Below are positions 51,834 through 62,521 of a stretch of 64,000 nucleotides of DNA, one piece after another. A program made the position numbers and the translations under genes. This DNA comes from Acidobacteriota bacterium. Lineage in GTDB: Bacteria > Acidobacteriota > Thermoanaerobaculia > Gp7-AA8. Each line of letters begins with the position of its first letter. The first letter of the stretch is position 1. The stretch is taken from assembly GCA_019244185.1 (NCBI GenBank), contig JAFATB010000013.1:32001-96000 (forward strand), read 5' to 3'. A model generated the notes under the pieces. The model did not search any database. It was not told the origin of the DNA and saw nothing but the letters and a program-made list of their open reading frames with translations.

Positions 51834-53630
51834 TTGGATTTCGCGCTGCCGGACCTGCTGACTCGCCGCGAGCGGACGATCGTCTGGATCGTCGCGCTCG
51901 TCTGTGCGGCGTCGCGCTTCCTGGCCATGGCGCGCTCGGTGTGGGACTGGGACGAGGCGCTCTTCTGCCTCGCCATGCGCGACTACGACGTCACGCTGCA
52001 CCATCCGCATCCGCCGGGGTTCCCGCTGTACATCGCCATGGCGAAGATGCTGCGCTTCGTCATTCCGAGCGACTTCCGCGCGCTGCAGGCGGTGAACCTC
52101 ATCGCCGGGATGCTCGTCTTTCCGGCGATGTTCCTGCTCGCGCGCGAGCTGCGGCTGCGCTTCCGCACGTCGGTCATCGCCGCGGCGCTCTTCGCGTTTT
52201 TCCCGAACGTCTGGTTCTTCGGCGGCGGCGCGTTCAGCGACATCCCGTCGATCGTGGTGGTCGTGTTCGCGGCGGCGCTGCTGTTCCGCGGCGCGCGCGA
52301 CCGCAACGCGTACTGGCTCGGTACGTTTCTCCTGGCGATCGCGATCGGCATCCGTCCGCAGAATCTGCTGGTCGGACTCTTTCCCGGCATCTACGCGACG
52401 CGCAGACGGAAGCCGGGCGAGATCGCGGTCGCGCTGCTGATGGGCATCGTCATCACGGCCGCCGCATTCGGCGGCGCGGTGTACGCGACGGGCAACGCGC
52501 ACGAGTACCTGCGCGTCGTGCGCGAGCATGGCGACTACATCTCGCGGATTGATTCGTTCCGCAGTCCGGATCGTCCGCCGCTGTGGCGGCTCTTCGATCG
52601 CTTCTTCATCAAGCAGTACCAGTCGCCGGCGCTGAGCATCCTCACGTCGATCGCCGTGGCGATCTCGATCGTGGGCGCGATCCGCACGCGCAGCAGGCCG
52701 ATGCTCTGGAACGCGCTGACGTTCGGGCCGTTCGCGATCTTCGCGTGGATGATGCTCGACCGCTTCAGCATCAGCCGCTTCTCGATCGGCTACGCGCCGA
52801 TGTTCGCGTTCTTCGCCGCGGACGGTTTCGAGCGCATCGAACGCTTCGTGACGATCCGCCGACCATCATGGAGAGTCGCGGTGCCGCTCGCGATCGCGCT
52901 GATCGCCGGTTTCATCGCGTACACGCTGCCGGCGCTGACGCCGGTGCGCAACGAGGTCGCGCCGTCCATCCTCGCGGCGCGCGCGGTCGCGGAGCACGTC
53001 GATCCGCGGACCGATCAACTCTTCGCCGGACACACGATGTCGAAGTTCCTCGACCTCGTGCTGCCGGGCATGCCGTACACGCGCGTGATGGACGACCGCG
53101 CCATGCCGCTCTCCGCGCGCGGCCGCGCGTGGCTGCTCGCGGAGATCACGGAGACGAAACCGGAGGGCTACGTCTTCACGCGCGAGCGCGGGCATCTCTG
53201 GAACATCGCGCGCCGGCATTACTTCGAGATCAAGCTCGCGCCGATCGTCGAGCGCCCGCGGTTCATCTCCGGCTGGTACGGCCCGGAAGTCACCGACATT
53301 CACGAGTGGCGCTGGATGGGACGCCGTTCCGTGACGCTGCTGCCGCCGATGCCGGAACGGACATCGGGCCGCACGCTGTTGCGGATGCACATCGGCATTC
53401 CGGGCGAGGTGATGCCGCTCAATCCGCGGATCACGATCCGCCTCAACGGCCGCGTGGTCGACGAGTTCCACACGACCGAGGGATATCTCGAACGCGACTA
53501 TCGCGTCGACGCGGCGCCGCGCGGACTGCCGAACGTGCTCGAGCTGTCGATCGACCGCACGGTCACTCCGAAGGACGACGGCCGCGAGCTGGGGCTGCGG
53601 GTGCGCTATCTCGGATGGGGACCAGCGTAG
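51834..53630 (+). CDS. GT-C-like multi-pass membrane protein
   Basis: WDWDEALF...HHPHPPGFPLY, many TM helices, C-terminal beta domain GWYGPE...WRWM...DGRELG. Confidence 0.75.
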   Translation: MDFALPDLLTRRERTIVWIVALVCAASRFLAMARSVWDWDEALFCLAMRDYDVTLHHPHPPGFPLYIAMAKMLRFVIPSDFRALQAVNLIAGMLVFPAMFLLARELRLRFRTSVIAAALFAFFPNVWFFGGGAFSDIPSIVVVVFAAALLFRGARDRNAYWLGTFLLAIAIGIRPQNLLVGLFPGIYATRRRKPGEIAVALLMGIVITAAAFGGAVYATGNAHEYLRVVREHGDYISRIDSFRSPDRPPLWRLFDRFFIKQYQSPALSILTSIAVAISIVGAIRTRSRPMLWNALTFGPFAIFAWMMLDRFSISRFSIGYAPMFAFFAADGFERIERFVTIRRPSWRVAVPLAIALIAGFIAYTLPALTPVRNEVAPSILAARAVAEHVDPRTDQLFAGHTMSKFLDLVLPGMPYTRVMDDRAMPLSARGRAWLLAEITETKPEGYVFTRERGHLWNIARRHYFEIKLAPIVERPRFISGWYGPEVTDIHEWRWMGRRSVTLLPPMPERTSGRTLLRMHIGIPGEVMPLNPRITIRLNGRVVDEFHTTEGYLERDYRVDAAPRGLPNVLELSIDRTVTPKDDGRELGLRVRYLGWGPA

Positions 53631-55605
53631 ACGGATCGCCGTCGAGCTCCGGCGAGCGGATCCCGCGCACGAACCACTGCATCCACGCGACGTCCTGCGC
53701 ATCGCGCAGCCGCAGATGCGCGGGCTGCCGCAGGTCGTGCTCCTCGTCGGGATAGCGGATGAGGCGCGCGGTGCGGCCGAAGCGGCGCAGCGCGACGAAG
53801 AAGTTCATCGACTGGAACGGCGCGCAGCTCGTGTCGAGATCGCCGTGATGCAGCAGCGTCGGCGTGTGCACGCGGTCAGCGTGCGTGAGGCTGCTGCGCT
53901 CGCGCCACGCGTCCGGGTTCGACCACGGATTGCCGCCGATGAACCAGCGCTCGTTGCTGTAGTAGGCGACGCTGCCGTAGTCGGCGATCCAGTCGCTGAC
54001 CATCGCGCCGAGGGACGCGGCGCGGAAGCGGTTCGTCTTCGTGAGCGTGTAGCCGCCGAGGATCGCGCCGTAGGACCAGCCGTCGACGGCGAGGCGGTGC
54101 GGGTCGGCGATGCCGCGCGCGATCATCGCGTCGACGCCGGTCATCGCGTCGCGGCGATCGCCGCCGCCGAGGTCGAACTTGTTCGCGCGGATGAACGCGT
54201 CGTCGTAGTTGCTCGATCCGCGCACGACGACGGAGAGCTGCGCGTAGCCGAGTCCCGCGTAGACCTGGTTCTTCGTCGCGAACGTGTTCGTCCAGCCGCA
54301 GCCGGGGCCGCAGGGGAGGTGCACGATGAGCGGCAGCGGCTTTTTCACCGCGAGCTCGGGCGGCGGCAGGTACAGCAGCCCTTCGATGCGCAGGCCGTCG
54401 ACGCTCTTCCAGTGCACGAGCTGCACGGAGCCGAGCGCGAGGTCGTTGGATATCCATGCATTGAGGTCGGTGATGCGGTGCTGGCGTTCGCCGCGGTCGT
54501 CGACATTGCCGATGTAGAGCTCGGGCGGCGTCGCGAAATCCTGATACGTGTACGCGAACGTGCGCGCGTCCGCCGACCACGAGCTCGCGCGCGCGGAGCC
54601 ATGCGTCGCGAGCAGTGGCGCAATCGCGCCGGTGGCGACGTCGACCCGCACGGGGAAGCGCGCGGTACCGTAGCCGCTTTGCGTGAAGATCGACTTGCCG
54701 TCCGGCGAGAAAAACGGCGTTCCGGAGAAGCGGCCGGTGCGTTTCGGCGTGAGCAGTTGCGTCGTACCCGTGGCGACGTCCACGCGCCAGAAGTCGCCGT
54801 TGCCGAGCTCCCAGCGGTCGAGGCGCACGGCGTTGAAGAGGATCCACGTGCCGTCGGGCGACCAGCGCGGCGTCGATTCCGGCGCGGCGTTGTGCGTGAG
54901 CTGGCGTGTCGTGCCGCTGGCGAGGTCGACGACGAAGAGCTCTGTTTTCCAGCGCGTGTTGCGGCCGTTGTCGGGACGCGCGGCGACGACGGCGCGGCGG
55001 CCGTCGGGCGCGAGATCGGCGCTGTCGATCGACCACGCGCGCTGCGTGACGCGCGTCAGCGTTTCGGTTTTCAGGTCGTAGCGATAGAGGTTGTCCCACG
55101 CGACGCGCGTCTGGCCGTTCGAGCCTTCGTCGACGAACGCGACGTCGCTCGTCGCGCCCGGCGCCGCAGGATGTTCGTCCGAACGGATCGCGAGCAGCGA
55201 CGCGCCGCCGCGCGCGAGCTGCCACGACCACGGCACCTCGCCGTCGATGTGGCTGTGCTGGATCGCGCTCGTTTCGCCGACGCGTTGTTCGAAGAGCTGC
55301 CCTTTGCGCGTGAAGAACACCGACTTCGAATCGGGCGCCCACATCGGCGAGCGATCGCCTTCGGCGAGAAACAACTTCGCCGCGGGATCGCCATGCGACG
55401 ACGCGAGCCACGTCGTCGCGTGCCGTGCGTTTTCATCAAGTGCGATGCGCTCGATCGTGTAGAGCACCCACTGCCCGTCCGGCGAGAGCTGCGGATTGCC
55501 GGGCTCGACGACGCGGAACTGATCGTCGATCGACATCGGCCGTTTGTGCGGTTGCGCGGACGCGAGCGCAGCGACGAGGCAGGAGAGGAGCACGAGGCGC
55601 TTCAT
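53563..55605 (-). CDS. S9-family (acylaminoacyl/prolyl oligo-) peptidase, secreted
   Basis: Signal peptide, WSPDG propeller repeats, GWSYG nucleophile, HGDLD, EEH. Confidence 0.92.
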   Translation of the reverse strand: MKRLVLLSCLVAALASAQPHKRPMSIDDQFRVVEPGNPQLSPDGQWVLYTIERIALDENARHATTWLASSHGDPAAKLFLAEGDRSPMWAPDSKSVFFTRKGQLFEQRVGETSAIQHSHIDGEVPWSWQLARGGASLLAIRSDEHPAAPGATSDVAFVDEGSNGQTRVAWDNLYRYDLKTETLTRVTQRAWSIDSADLAPDGRRAVVAARPDNGRNTRWKTELFVVDLASGTTRQLTHNAAPESTPRWSPDGTWILFNAVRLDRWELGNGDFWRVDVATGTTQLLTPKRTGRFSGTPFFSPDGKSIFTQSGYGTARFPVRVDVATGAIAPLLATHGSARASSWSADARTFAYTYQDFATPPELYIGNVDDRGERQHRITDLNAWISNDLALGSVQLVHWKSVDGLRIEGLLYLPPPELAVKKPLPLIVHLPCGPGCGWTNTFATKNQVYAGLGYAQLSVVVRGSSNYDDAFIRANKFDLGGGDRRDAMTGVDAMIARGIADPHRLAVDGWSYGAILGGYTLTKTNRFRAASLGAMVSDWIADYGSVAYYSNERWFIGGNPWSNPDAWRERSSLTHADRVHTPTLLHHGDLDTSCAPFQSMNFFVALRRFGRTARLIRYPDEEHDLRQPAHLRLRDAQDVAWMQWFVRGIRSPELDGDPSTLVPIRDSAPAAPARGRRPSE

Positions 55606-55654
55606 GCGCGAAGCATGAGCCGCGACCGCGCGCCGCGTCTTGTCAAAACGAAAG

Positions 55655-56479
55655 CTACGACTGAAACGCGCGGCGGAAGCGCGCCGGCGTCATGCCGGCG
55701 TGGCGGCGCAGCGCTTTCGTCAACTGGCTCTGATCGCTGAAGCCGCACTGCAGCGCGACGTCGGCGATTGGCGTTCGCGTCCGCGCGAGCAGCTCCGTCG
55801 CCTGCGCCACGCGCCGCTTGCGCAGGTATTCGCCGGGCGCGCAGCGCTGAAAGCGGCGGAAGACTTTCGCGAAGTGCAGCGGATGCACGCCGGCGGACGC
55901 GGCGAGCGCTTTCACCGTCAGCGGCTCGCGCGCAGCCTCGATCTCGTCCAACGCTCGACGCAGCCACCGCGGTGGTTGCCGCGCGGAGATCTCATCGTCG
56001 CGCGCCGCCCATACGAGCAAATCCAGCGTGAGATCCACGAGAACTGCCGGCGAGAACGCGTCGCCGCGGCAGAACTCCTCGTACGCGCGGAACGCGAGCA
56101 AGCGCGACGCATGCGCATCGACGACCGCGGCATCCTCGCGTAAACGCGCACCGTCCGCGAGACGCGCGAGCGTCTCCGGCGCGATCGACATCGTGAAGAA
56201 GCTGCCGCCGCGCGCGGTGAAGCGATCGCGGTGCGTCGTCCAGCGCGGCACGAACAGCAGCGTCGCCGGACCGCACACGCCGTCCGCGCCGCGCGCGCTG
56301 GTCTCGTACGCGCCGCGCAGCAGCAGAAAAAAGTGCGCGTCGCGGTGCGTATGCAGCGGGATCTCGACGTCGGCGCGATCGATGACCTCGGAGAACGTCA
56401 GGCCGTCGCAACCGCACTGCCGCTTCAGGTCGCCGAGGAACGAGGCGGAGGGGAGCACGGGAGCGGCGGCGGAGTTCAT
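55655..56479 (-). CDS. AraC-family transcriptional regulator
   Basis: Cupin PLHTH...H; HTH LAASAGVHPLHFAKVFRR, VALQCGFSDQSQLTKALRR. Confidence 0.92.
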   Translation of the reverse strand: MNSAAAPVLPSASFLGDLKRQCGCDGLTFSEVIDRADVEIPLHTHRDAHFFLLLRGAYETSARGADGVCGPATLLFVPRWTTHRDRFTARGGSFFTMSIAPETLARLADGARLREDAAVVDAHASRLLAFRAYEEFCRGDAFSPAVLVDLTLDLLVWAARDDEISARQPPRWLRRALDEIEAAREPLTVKALAASAGVHPLHFAKVFRRFQRCAPGEYLRKRRVAQATELLARTRTPIADVALQCGFSDQSQLTKALRRHAGMTPARFRRAFQS

Positions 56480-56530
56480 ACGCGGCGGCAACTATGATAT
56501 GCAGCCGCCGCAGAATCTGGAGAACCTTCC

Positions 56531-59500
56531 ATGACCATTACCGCTGAACAACGCCAGGTCGACATCGTCGATCGGCTCGCGGCCGAGGCGCGGCGCCGGG
56601 TGCCTGCCGAGCAGGCGGACAGCGTCGAGCATTTCGTTCGCCGTTACTTCGCGCACGTCGCGTCCGACGACATCATCTACACCTCTCACGAGACGCTCCT
56701 CGGCGGCGCGCTGTCGCTCTGGGACTTCGGCACGGAACGCCAGCCGGGCCGCGCGAAGATCCGCCTCTTCAACCCCACCGTCGAGCAGAACGGCTGGTCC
56801 ACCGAGCACACGGTCGTCGAGATCGTGAACGACGACATGCCGTTCCTCGTCGACTCCGTCAGCGCCGAGATCAACCGGCGCGAGCGCAAGATCCATCTGC
56901 TGCTCCATCCGGTCGCGCGCGTGCGCCGCGACGCGGGCGGGCGGCGGATGGAGATCACCGACACGGCCGCCGCGCCGGCCGACGCGCTGGTCGAGTCGTA
57001 CATGCACGTCGAGATCGACCAGGAGACCGAGCCCGCCGAGCTCGAGTCGATCCGCGCGTCGCTCGAGACGATCCTCAACGAAGTGCGCCTGGCGGTGCTC
57101 GACTGGCGCCCGATGCGCGCGCGGCTCACCGAAGACGTCGAAGAGCTCGACCGCGCGAAGCTGCCCATGCCCGCCGAGGAAGTGGCCGAGGCGCGCGCCT
57201 TCCTGCGCTGGCTCGACACCGGGAACTTCATCTTCCTCGGGCATCGCCGCTATCTCTTCGAGACGAAAGACGGCAAGGACTACCTCCGTCCGGTGCCGAA
57301 CACGGGACTGGGAATCCTGCGCGACATGCGCCCGGAATCGATCGAGCGCGGCAACGCGCCGCTGTCGGCCGAGTTCAGCGAATACGCGCGGCGCAAAGAC
57401 CTCATCATCATCACGAAGGCGAACAGCCGCAGCCTGATCCATCGCCCGGTGCCGATGGACCGCATCGGCATCAAGCGCTACGACGAAGCGGGGAACCTCA
57501 TCGGCGAGGACCGCTTCCTCGGACTGTTCACGTCCGCCGCGTACATCCGCAGCGTGCGCGACATCCCGATGCTGCGGTTGAAGGCGACGCGCGCGCTCGA
57601 CCGCGCCGGACTCGATCCGCATTCGCACAACGGCAAGGCGCTCGTCGACATCCTCGAGAACTTTCCGCGCGACGAGTTCTTCCAGATCACCGACGACGAT
57701 CTCTTCGACATCTCGCGCGGCGTGCTGCTGCTGCAGGAACGCCAGCGCGTGGCGCTCTTCACACGCAAGGACGTCTTCGAGCGCTTCGTCGCCTGCTACG
57801 TCTTCGTGCCGCGCGACCGTTACACGCCCGAATTCAAAGAGCGCGCGCGGCAGGTGCTCGAAGAAGCGTTCAACGGACGCGACACCGTCATCTACGACCT
57901 CATCACCACGTCCCCGCTCGCGCGCGGACTCTTCATCGTGCGCACGAAGCCGGGACAGATCCCCGACGTCGACATCCGCCGCGTCGAGGCGCTGATCGGC
58001 GAAGTCGCGCGCACGTGGAGCGATCGCCTCCTCGACGCGCTGATCCACACGCACGGCGAAGAAGTCGGCATCGACCTCCACCATCGCTACAAACGAGCGT
58101 TCCCGATGGCGTACGCGGAGCGGTTCGCCGCCGAGGCCGCGCTGTACGACATCCAGCACGTCGAGCACGTGCTGGCGACGGGAGAGCTCGTCGTCGATCT
58201 GTACCGGCATCGCACAGACGAGCGGCAGTTCCACTGCAAGATCATCCATTCGGGTCCGCCGGTGCCGCTGTCGGAGATCATGCCGCGCCTCGAGAACATG
58301 GGGCTCAAGGTGCTGGCGGAAGTGCCGTACGAAGTGCAGCCGCACGGCGCGCCGTACGCGGTGCGCATCCGCGACTTCAGCCTCTCCGGCGAAGGGATGC
58401 AGGACGATCTCACGCCGATCAAGGAGAAGTTTCAGGACGCGTTCATCCGCGTCTGGAAGAGCCAGGCGGAGAACGACGGATTCAACCGGCTCGTGCTCGG
58501 CGCGGGGCTGGAATGGGACGAAGTCGTCGTGCTGCGCGCGTATGCGAAGTATCTGCGCCAGGTCGGCGTCACGCTCAGCGAGGCGTACATCCAGGAGACG
58601 CTGGCGAAACATCCGGAGATCACGCGCAACATCATCACGCTCTTCCGCAACTATTTCGATCCGGAGCTCGGTCCGTCCGCCTATCGCGGCGTGCAGAGCT
58701 CGACGGTCGGCATGGGACGGCAGGGCGCGGCGCTCGGCATCCGCTCGCAGATCGAGGACGCACTCGAGCGCGTCACGAATCCCGACGAAGACCGCATTCT
58801 GCGGCTGTACGTGAGCCTCATCGACGCCACGCTGCGGACGAACTACTTCCAGCGCGACGCGAACGGCGCGCGCAAGTTGTACCTCTCGTTCAAGCTCGAC
58901 TCGCAGGCCGTGCCCGAGCTGCCGCTTCCGCGGCCGCTGTTCGAGATCTTCGTGTACGCGCCCTGGATGGAAGGCATCCATCTGCGCGGCGGCAAGGTCG
59001 CGCGCGGCGGCATCCGCTGGTCCGATCGCCGCGAGGACTTCCGCACGGAGATCCTCGGCCTGATGAAGGCGCAGATGGTCAAGAACGTCGTCATCGTGCC
59101 GGTCGGCTCGAAGGGCGGCTTCGTCGTGAAGAACCCGTCGCCCGATCGCGCGACGTTCCAGCAGGAAGGCATCGAGTCGTACAAGACGCTGCTGCGCGGC
59201 ATGCTCGACATCACCGACAACCTGCGCGGCGCCGAAGTCATCCCGCCGCGCGACGTCGTGCGCCGCGATCCCGACGATCCGTACCTCGTCGTCGCCGCCG
59301 ACAAAGGCACGGCCACGTTCTCCGACATCGCGAATGCGATCTCCGAGGAGTATGGCCACTGGCTCGGCGATGCGTTCGCGTCCGGCGGCTCCGCCGGCTA
59401 CGACCACAAAGGCATGGGCATCACCGCGCGCGGCGGGTGGGAGGCGGTCAAGCGCCACTTCCGCGAGCTCGGTACGAACATTCAGGAAGAAGATTTCACC

Positions 59501-61387
59501 GTCGTCGGCGTCGGCGACATGGCCGGCGACGTCTTCGGCAACGCGATGCTGCTCTCGCCGCACACGAAACTTCTCGCGGCGTTCAACTACTCGCACATCT
59601 TCGTCGATCCGAATCCCGAGCCGGCGCCGACGTTCGTCGAGCGCAAGCGGATGTTCGACAACCGCCTGAACTGGAACGCGTTCAACGCGGATCTCTTGTC
59701 GAAGGGCGGCGCGATCTACGAGCGCAGCGCGAAGAGCATCACCCTCAGCGAGGAAGTGCAGGCGCTCTTCGAGCTGCCGAAGAAGGTCGTGACGCCGAAC
59801 GAGCTGATGCGCGCGATCCTGCTCGCGAAGGCGGACCTGCTGTGGCTCGGCGGCATCGGGACGTACGTCAAAGCGTCGTGGGAAGACCACGCCGCCGCGC
59901 GCGACCGCGCCAACGATGCGCTGCGCGTCAACGGCGACGAACTGCGCGTGCGCGTCGTCGGCGAGGGCGCGAACCTCGGCTTCACGCAGCGCGCGCGCAT
60001 CGAATACGCGCTGGCCGGCGGCAAGATCAACACCGACGCCATCGACAACTCCGCCGGCGTCGACACGTCGGATCACGAGGTCAACATCAAGATCGCGCTC
60101 TACGACGCGGTCGGCAGCGGCGAGCTCGGCGATCTCACGGAGCGCAACCGCATCCTCGCCGAGATGACCGACGAGGTCGCGCATCTCGTGCTGCGCGACA
60201 ACTACGAACAGACGCAGGCCATCTCCGTCGTGCACGCCCTCGGCGAAGGCCTGCTCGACACGCAGGCGCGCTTCATGCGCGGCCTCGAGAAGCAGGGGAA
60301 GCTCGACCGCGCGCTCGAAGGTTTGCCCGACGACGAGACCATCGGCGAGCGCCACGCGCGAGGCGTCGGCCTCACGCGTCCCGAGATCGCCGTGCTCCTC
60401 GCGTACGCGAAGCTCGTCCTGTATGAGGACCTGCTGAAGTCGAACCTGCCGGACGATCCGCAGCTCGTCGACGATCTCGTGCTGTACTTCCCCGAGCTGC
60501 TGCAGATGCGCTTCCGCGGCCCGATCGAACGGCATCGCCTGCGCCGCGAGATCATCGCCACCGTCGTCACCAACGCGATGATCAACCGCGTGCGGCCGAC
60601 GTTCGCGTGGCAGATGTGCGAGGAGACCTCTCGCACGCCGGCCGACATCGCGCGCGCGTTCATCGTCATGCGCGAGGCGTTCGACCTCCGCACGATCTGG
60701 TCGGAGATCGAGGCGCTCGACAACAAACTCCCGGCCAGCGTGCAGACGGACATGATGATCAGCGTCGCGCGGCTGCTCGAGCGCGCGATCCTCTGGCTGC
60801 TGCGCAGCTCCGACGAACAGCTCGACATCGCCGCGTCGATCGCGGAGTTCCGTCCGCGCATCGCGTCCATCCAGGGCAACCTCGTCGACGTGCTTCCCGC
60901 CGGCGTGCTCGCGAACGTGCGCGTGCGCCAGGCGGAGCTGATGGAAGACCAGATCCCCGAGCCGCTCGCGCGGCGCGTGGCCAGTCTCGACATCATGAGC
61001 TCGGCCATGGACATCATCCGCATCTCGCGCACCGACGCCGCGCACGGCGTCGAGGACGTCGCGCGCATCTACTTCGGCCTCGGCGCGCGCCTCAGCCTCG
61101 ACCGCCTGCGCAGCGCCAGCGCGAACATCGCCGCGGAAACTCCGTGGCAGAAGCAGGCGCTCTCGACGCTGGTCGACGATCTGTACAACTTCCAGAGCGC
61201 GCTCGCCTCGCGCGTCATCACCGAGACGAACGGCAGCGGCGATCCGGTCGACGCGTGGCTGGCGAAACGCCCGCGCGCGGTCGAGCGCGTCGATCAGACG
61301 ATGTTCGAGCTGCGCGCGGCGACGCAGGTCGATCTGGCCATGCTCGCCGTCGCGTCGCGCCAGTTGCGCGCGCTCGTGGAGTCTTGA
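56531..61387 (+). CDS. gdhB: large NAD-specific glutamate dehydrogenase (GDH2 type)
   Basis: DDMPFLVDS, GIHLRGGKVARGGIRWSDR, VAADKGTATFSD, GITARG, GVGDMAGDVFGN, GEGANLG; 1618 aa. Confidence 0.93.
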   Translation: MTITAEQRQVDIVDRLAAEARRRVPAEQADSVEHFVRRYFAHVASDDIIYTSHETLLGGALSLWDFGTERQPGRAKIRLFNPTVEQNGWSTEHTVVEIVNDDMPFLVDSVSAEINRRERKIHLLLHPVARVRRDAGGRRMEITDTAAAPADALVESYMHVEIDQETEPAELESIRASLETILNEVRLAVLDWRPMRARLTEDVEELDRAKLPMPAEEVAEARAFLRWLDTGNFIFLGHRRYLFETKDGKDYLRPVPNTGLGILRDMRPESIERGNAPLSAEFSEYARRKDLIIITKANSRSLIHRPVPMDRIGIKRYDEAGNLIGEDRFLGLFTSAAYIRSVRDIPMLRLKATRALDRAGLDPHSHNGKALVDILENFPRDEFFQITDDDLFDISRGVLLLQERQRVALFTRKDVFERFVACYVFVPRDRYTPEFKERARQVLEEAFNGRDTVIYDLITTSPLARGLFIVRTKPGQIPDVDIRRVEALIGEVARTWSDRLLDALIHTHGEEVGIDLHHRYKRAFPMAYAERFAAEAALYDIQHVEHVLATGELVVDLYRHRTDERQFHCKIIHSGPPVPLSEIMPRLENMGLKVLAEVPYEVQPHGAPYAVRIRDFSLSGEGMQDDLTPIKEKFQDAFIRVWKSQAENDGFNRLVLGAGLEWDEVVVLRAYAKYLRQVGVTLSEAYIQETLAKHPEITRNIITLFRNYFDPELGPSAYRGVQSSTVGMGRQGAALGIRSQIEDALERVTNPDEDRILRLYVSLIDATLRTNYFQRDANGARKLYLSFKLDSQAVPELPLPRPLFEIFVYAPWMEGIHLRGGKVARGGIRWSDRREDFRTEILGLMKAQMVKNVVIVPVGSKGGFVVKNPSPDRATFQQEGIESYKTLLRGMLDITDNLRGAEVIPPRDVVRRDPDDPYLVVAADKGTATFSDIANAISEEYGHWLGDAFASGGSAGYDHKGMGITARGGWEAVKRHFRELGTNIQEEDFTVVGVGDMAGDVFGNAMLLSPHTKLLAAFNYSHIFVDPNPEPAPTFVERKRMFDNRLNWNAFNADLLSKGGAIYERSAKSITLSEEVQALFELPKKVVTPNELMRAILLAKADLLWLGGIGTYVKASWEDHAAARDRANDALRVNGDELRVRVVGEGANLGFTQRARIEYALAGGKINTDAIDNSAGVDTSDHEVNIKIALYDAVGSGELGDLTERNRILAEMTDEVAHLVLRDNYEQTQAISVVHALGEGLLDTQARFMRGLEKQGKLDRALEGLPDDETIGERHARGVGLTRPEIAVLLAYAKLVLYEDLLKSNLPDDPQLVDDLVLYFPELLQMRFRGPIERHRLRREIIATVVTNAMINRVRPTFAWQMCEETSRTPADIARAFIVMREAFDLRTIWSEIEALDNKLPASVQTDMMISVARLLERAILWLLRSSDEQLDIAASIAEFRPRIASIQGNLVDVLPAGVLANVRVRQAELMEDQIPEPLARRVASLDIMSSAMDIIRISRTDAAHGVEDVARIYFGLGARLSLDRLRSASANIAAETPWQKQALSTLVDDLYNFQSALASRVITETNGSGDPVDAWLAKRPRAVERVDQTMFELRAATQVDLAMLAVASRQLRALVES

Positions 61388-61402
61388 GCGCGGAGGAACA
61401 CG

Positions 61403-62521
61403 ATGCCCGTCCCGCAGCACGTCGATCCGAAACCTGGTGACGTTCTCGTGCTCGTCGGCACGATGAAAGGCGCGTTCATCTTCCGCGCGGATCGCGACCG
61501 CGCAAGGTGGGACGTCGGCGGTCCGTACTTTCCCGGCAGCGCCGTCTACGCGCTCGCGTACGACGGACGCGCCGGACGGCAGCGGCTGTGGGCGGGACCG
61601 CACAGCATGCACTGGGGCGCGCTGCTGCGGTCGAGCGACGACTTCGGCCGCACGTGGACGAATCCCGAGTCGGCGAACGTGAAGTTCCCGGAAGGCGCGG
61701 GCGCGGCGCTGCAGCAGGTCTGGCAGATCGCGCCGGGCCGCGCGGACGAGCCGGACACGCTCTACTGCGGCATCGAGCCGGCGGCGCTCTTCGTCTCCCG
61801 CGACGCGGGCGAGACGTGGTCGCTGTGCGAGGGACTGTGGAACCATCCGCAGCGCGCGCGGTGGGAGCCGGGCGGCGGCGGGCTCTGCCTGCATACGATC
61901 CTGCTCGATCCCGCCGACCTGCAGCGCATCCGGATCGCCGTCTCCACCGCCGGGATGTACGTCAGCGAAGACGGAGGGACGTCGTGGCGTCCGTCGAATC
62001 AGGGCGTCCGCGCGCAGTTCCTTCCCGATCCCTATCCGGAGTTCGGGCAGTGCGTGCACAAGGTCGCGCAGTCGCGGCAGCGCCCCGAGCGCATGTTCCT
62101 GCAGAACCACTGGGGCCTCTATCGCAGCGACGATCGCGGCGAGTCGTGGATCGACGTGGCGAACGGAGTGCCGTCCGACTTCGGCTTCGCCGTGGCCATC
62201 CATCCCGAGAATCCCGACTCCGCGTGGATCGTGCCGCTCGAATCGGATCTCTTCCGCTGCACGCCGGAAGGGAAGCTGCGCGTCTACCGCACGCGCGACG
62301 CCGGCGCGAGCTGGCAGCCGCTCGGCGAAGGACTGCCGCAGCACGAGTCGTATCAGACGGTGCTCCGCGACGCGCTGGCCGCCGATCCGCTGTCGCCCGC
62401 CGGCGTCTACTTCGGCACGCGCAGCGGAAAAGTCTTCGCCACGGCGGACGAAGGCGAGCACTGGACCGAGATCGCCGACGGCCTGCCGCCGGTCGTCGCC
62501 GTGAAGACCGCGGTGGTCTGA
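61403..62521 (+). CDS. BNR/Asp-box beta-propeller protein (exo-alpha-sialidase-like)
   Basis: Multiple Asp boxes: SDDFGRTW, SRDAGETW, SEDGGTSW, SDDRGESW, TRDAGASW; no signal peptide. Confidence 0.88.
   Translation: MPVPQHVDPKPGDVLVLVGTMKGAFIFRADRDRARWDVGGPYFPGSAVYALAYDGRAGRQRLWAGPHSMHWGALLRSSDDFGRTWTNPESANVKFPEGAGAALQQVWQIAPGRADEPDTLYCGIEPAALFVSRDAGETWSLCEGLWNHPQRARWEPGGGGLCLHTILLDPADLQRIRIAVSTAGMYVSEDGGTSWRPSNQGVRAQFLPDPYPEFGQCVHKVAQSRQRPERMFLQNHWGLYRSDDRGESWIDVANGVPSDFGFAVAIHPENPDSAWIVPLESDLFRCTPEGKLRVYRTRDAGASWQPLGEGLPQHESYQTVLRDALAADPLSPAGVYFGTRSGKVFATADEGEHWTEIADGLPPVVAVKTAVV

Noticed and set aside
53563-53630. 68-bp convergent overlap between the membrane protein and S9 peptidase (also pth/DUF885 and serS/FHA overlaps)
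   Set aside because: Short 3' overlaps are common in compact GC-rich genomes; no sign of special function.
56492-62461. 1989-aa minus-strand ORF and other very long antisense ORFs (156-1994, 18816-22517, 49821-52529, 6909-9719, 9858-11909)
   Set aside because: They lie opposite well-supported genes, are Arg/Ala-rich with no motifs, and are typical stop-poor shadow frames of high-GC DNA.
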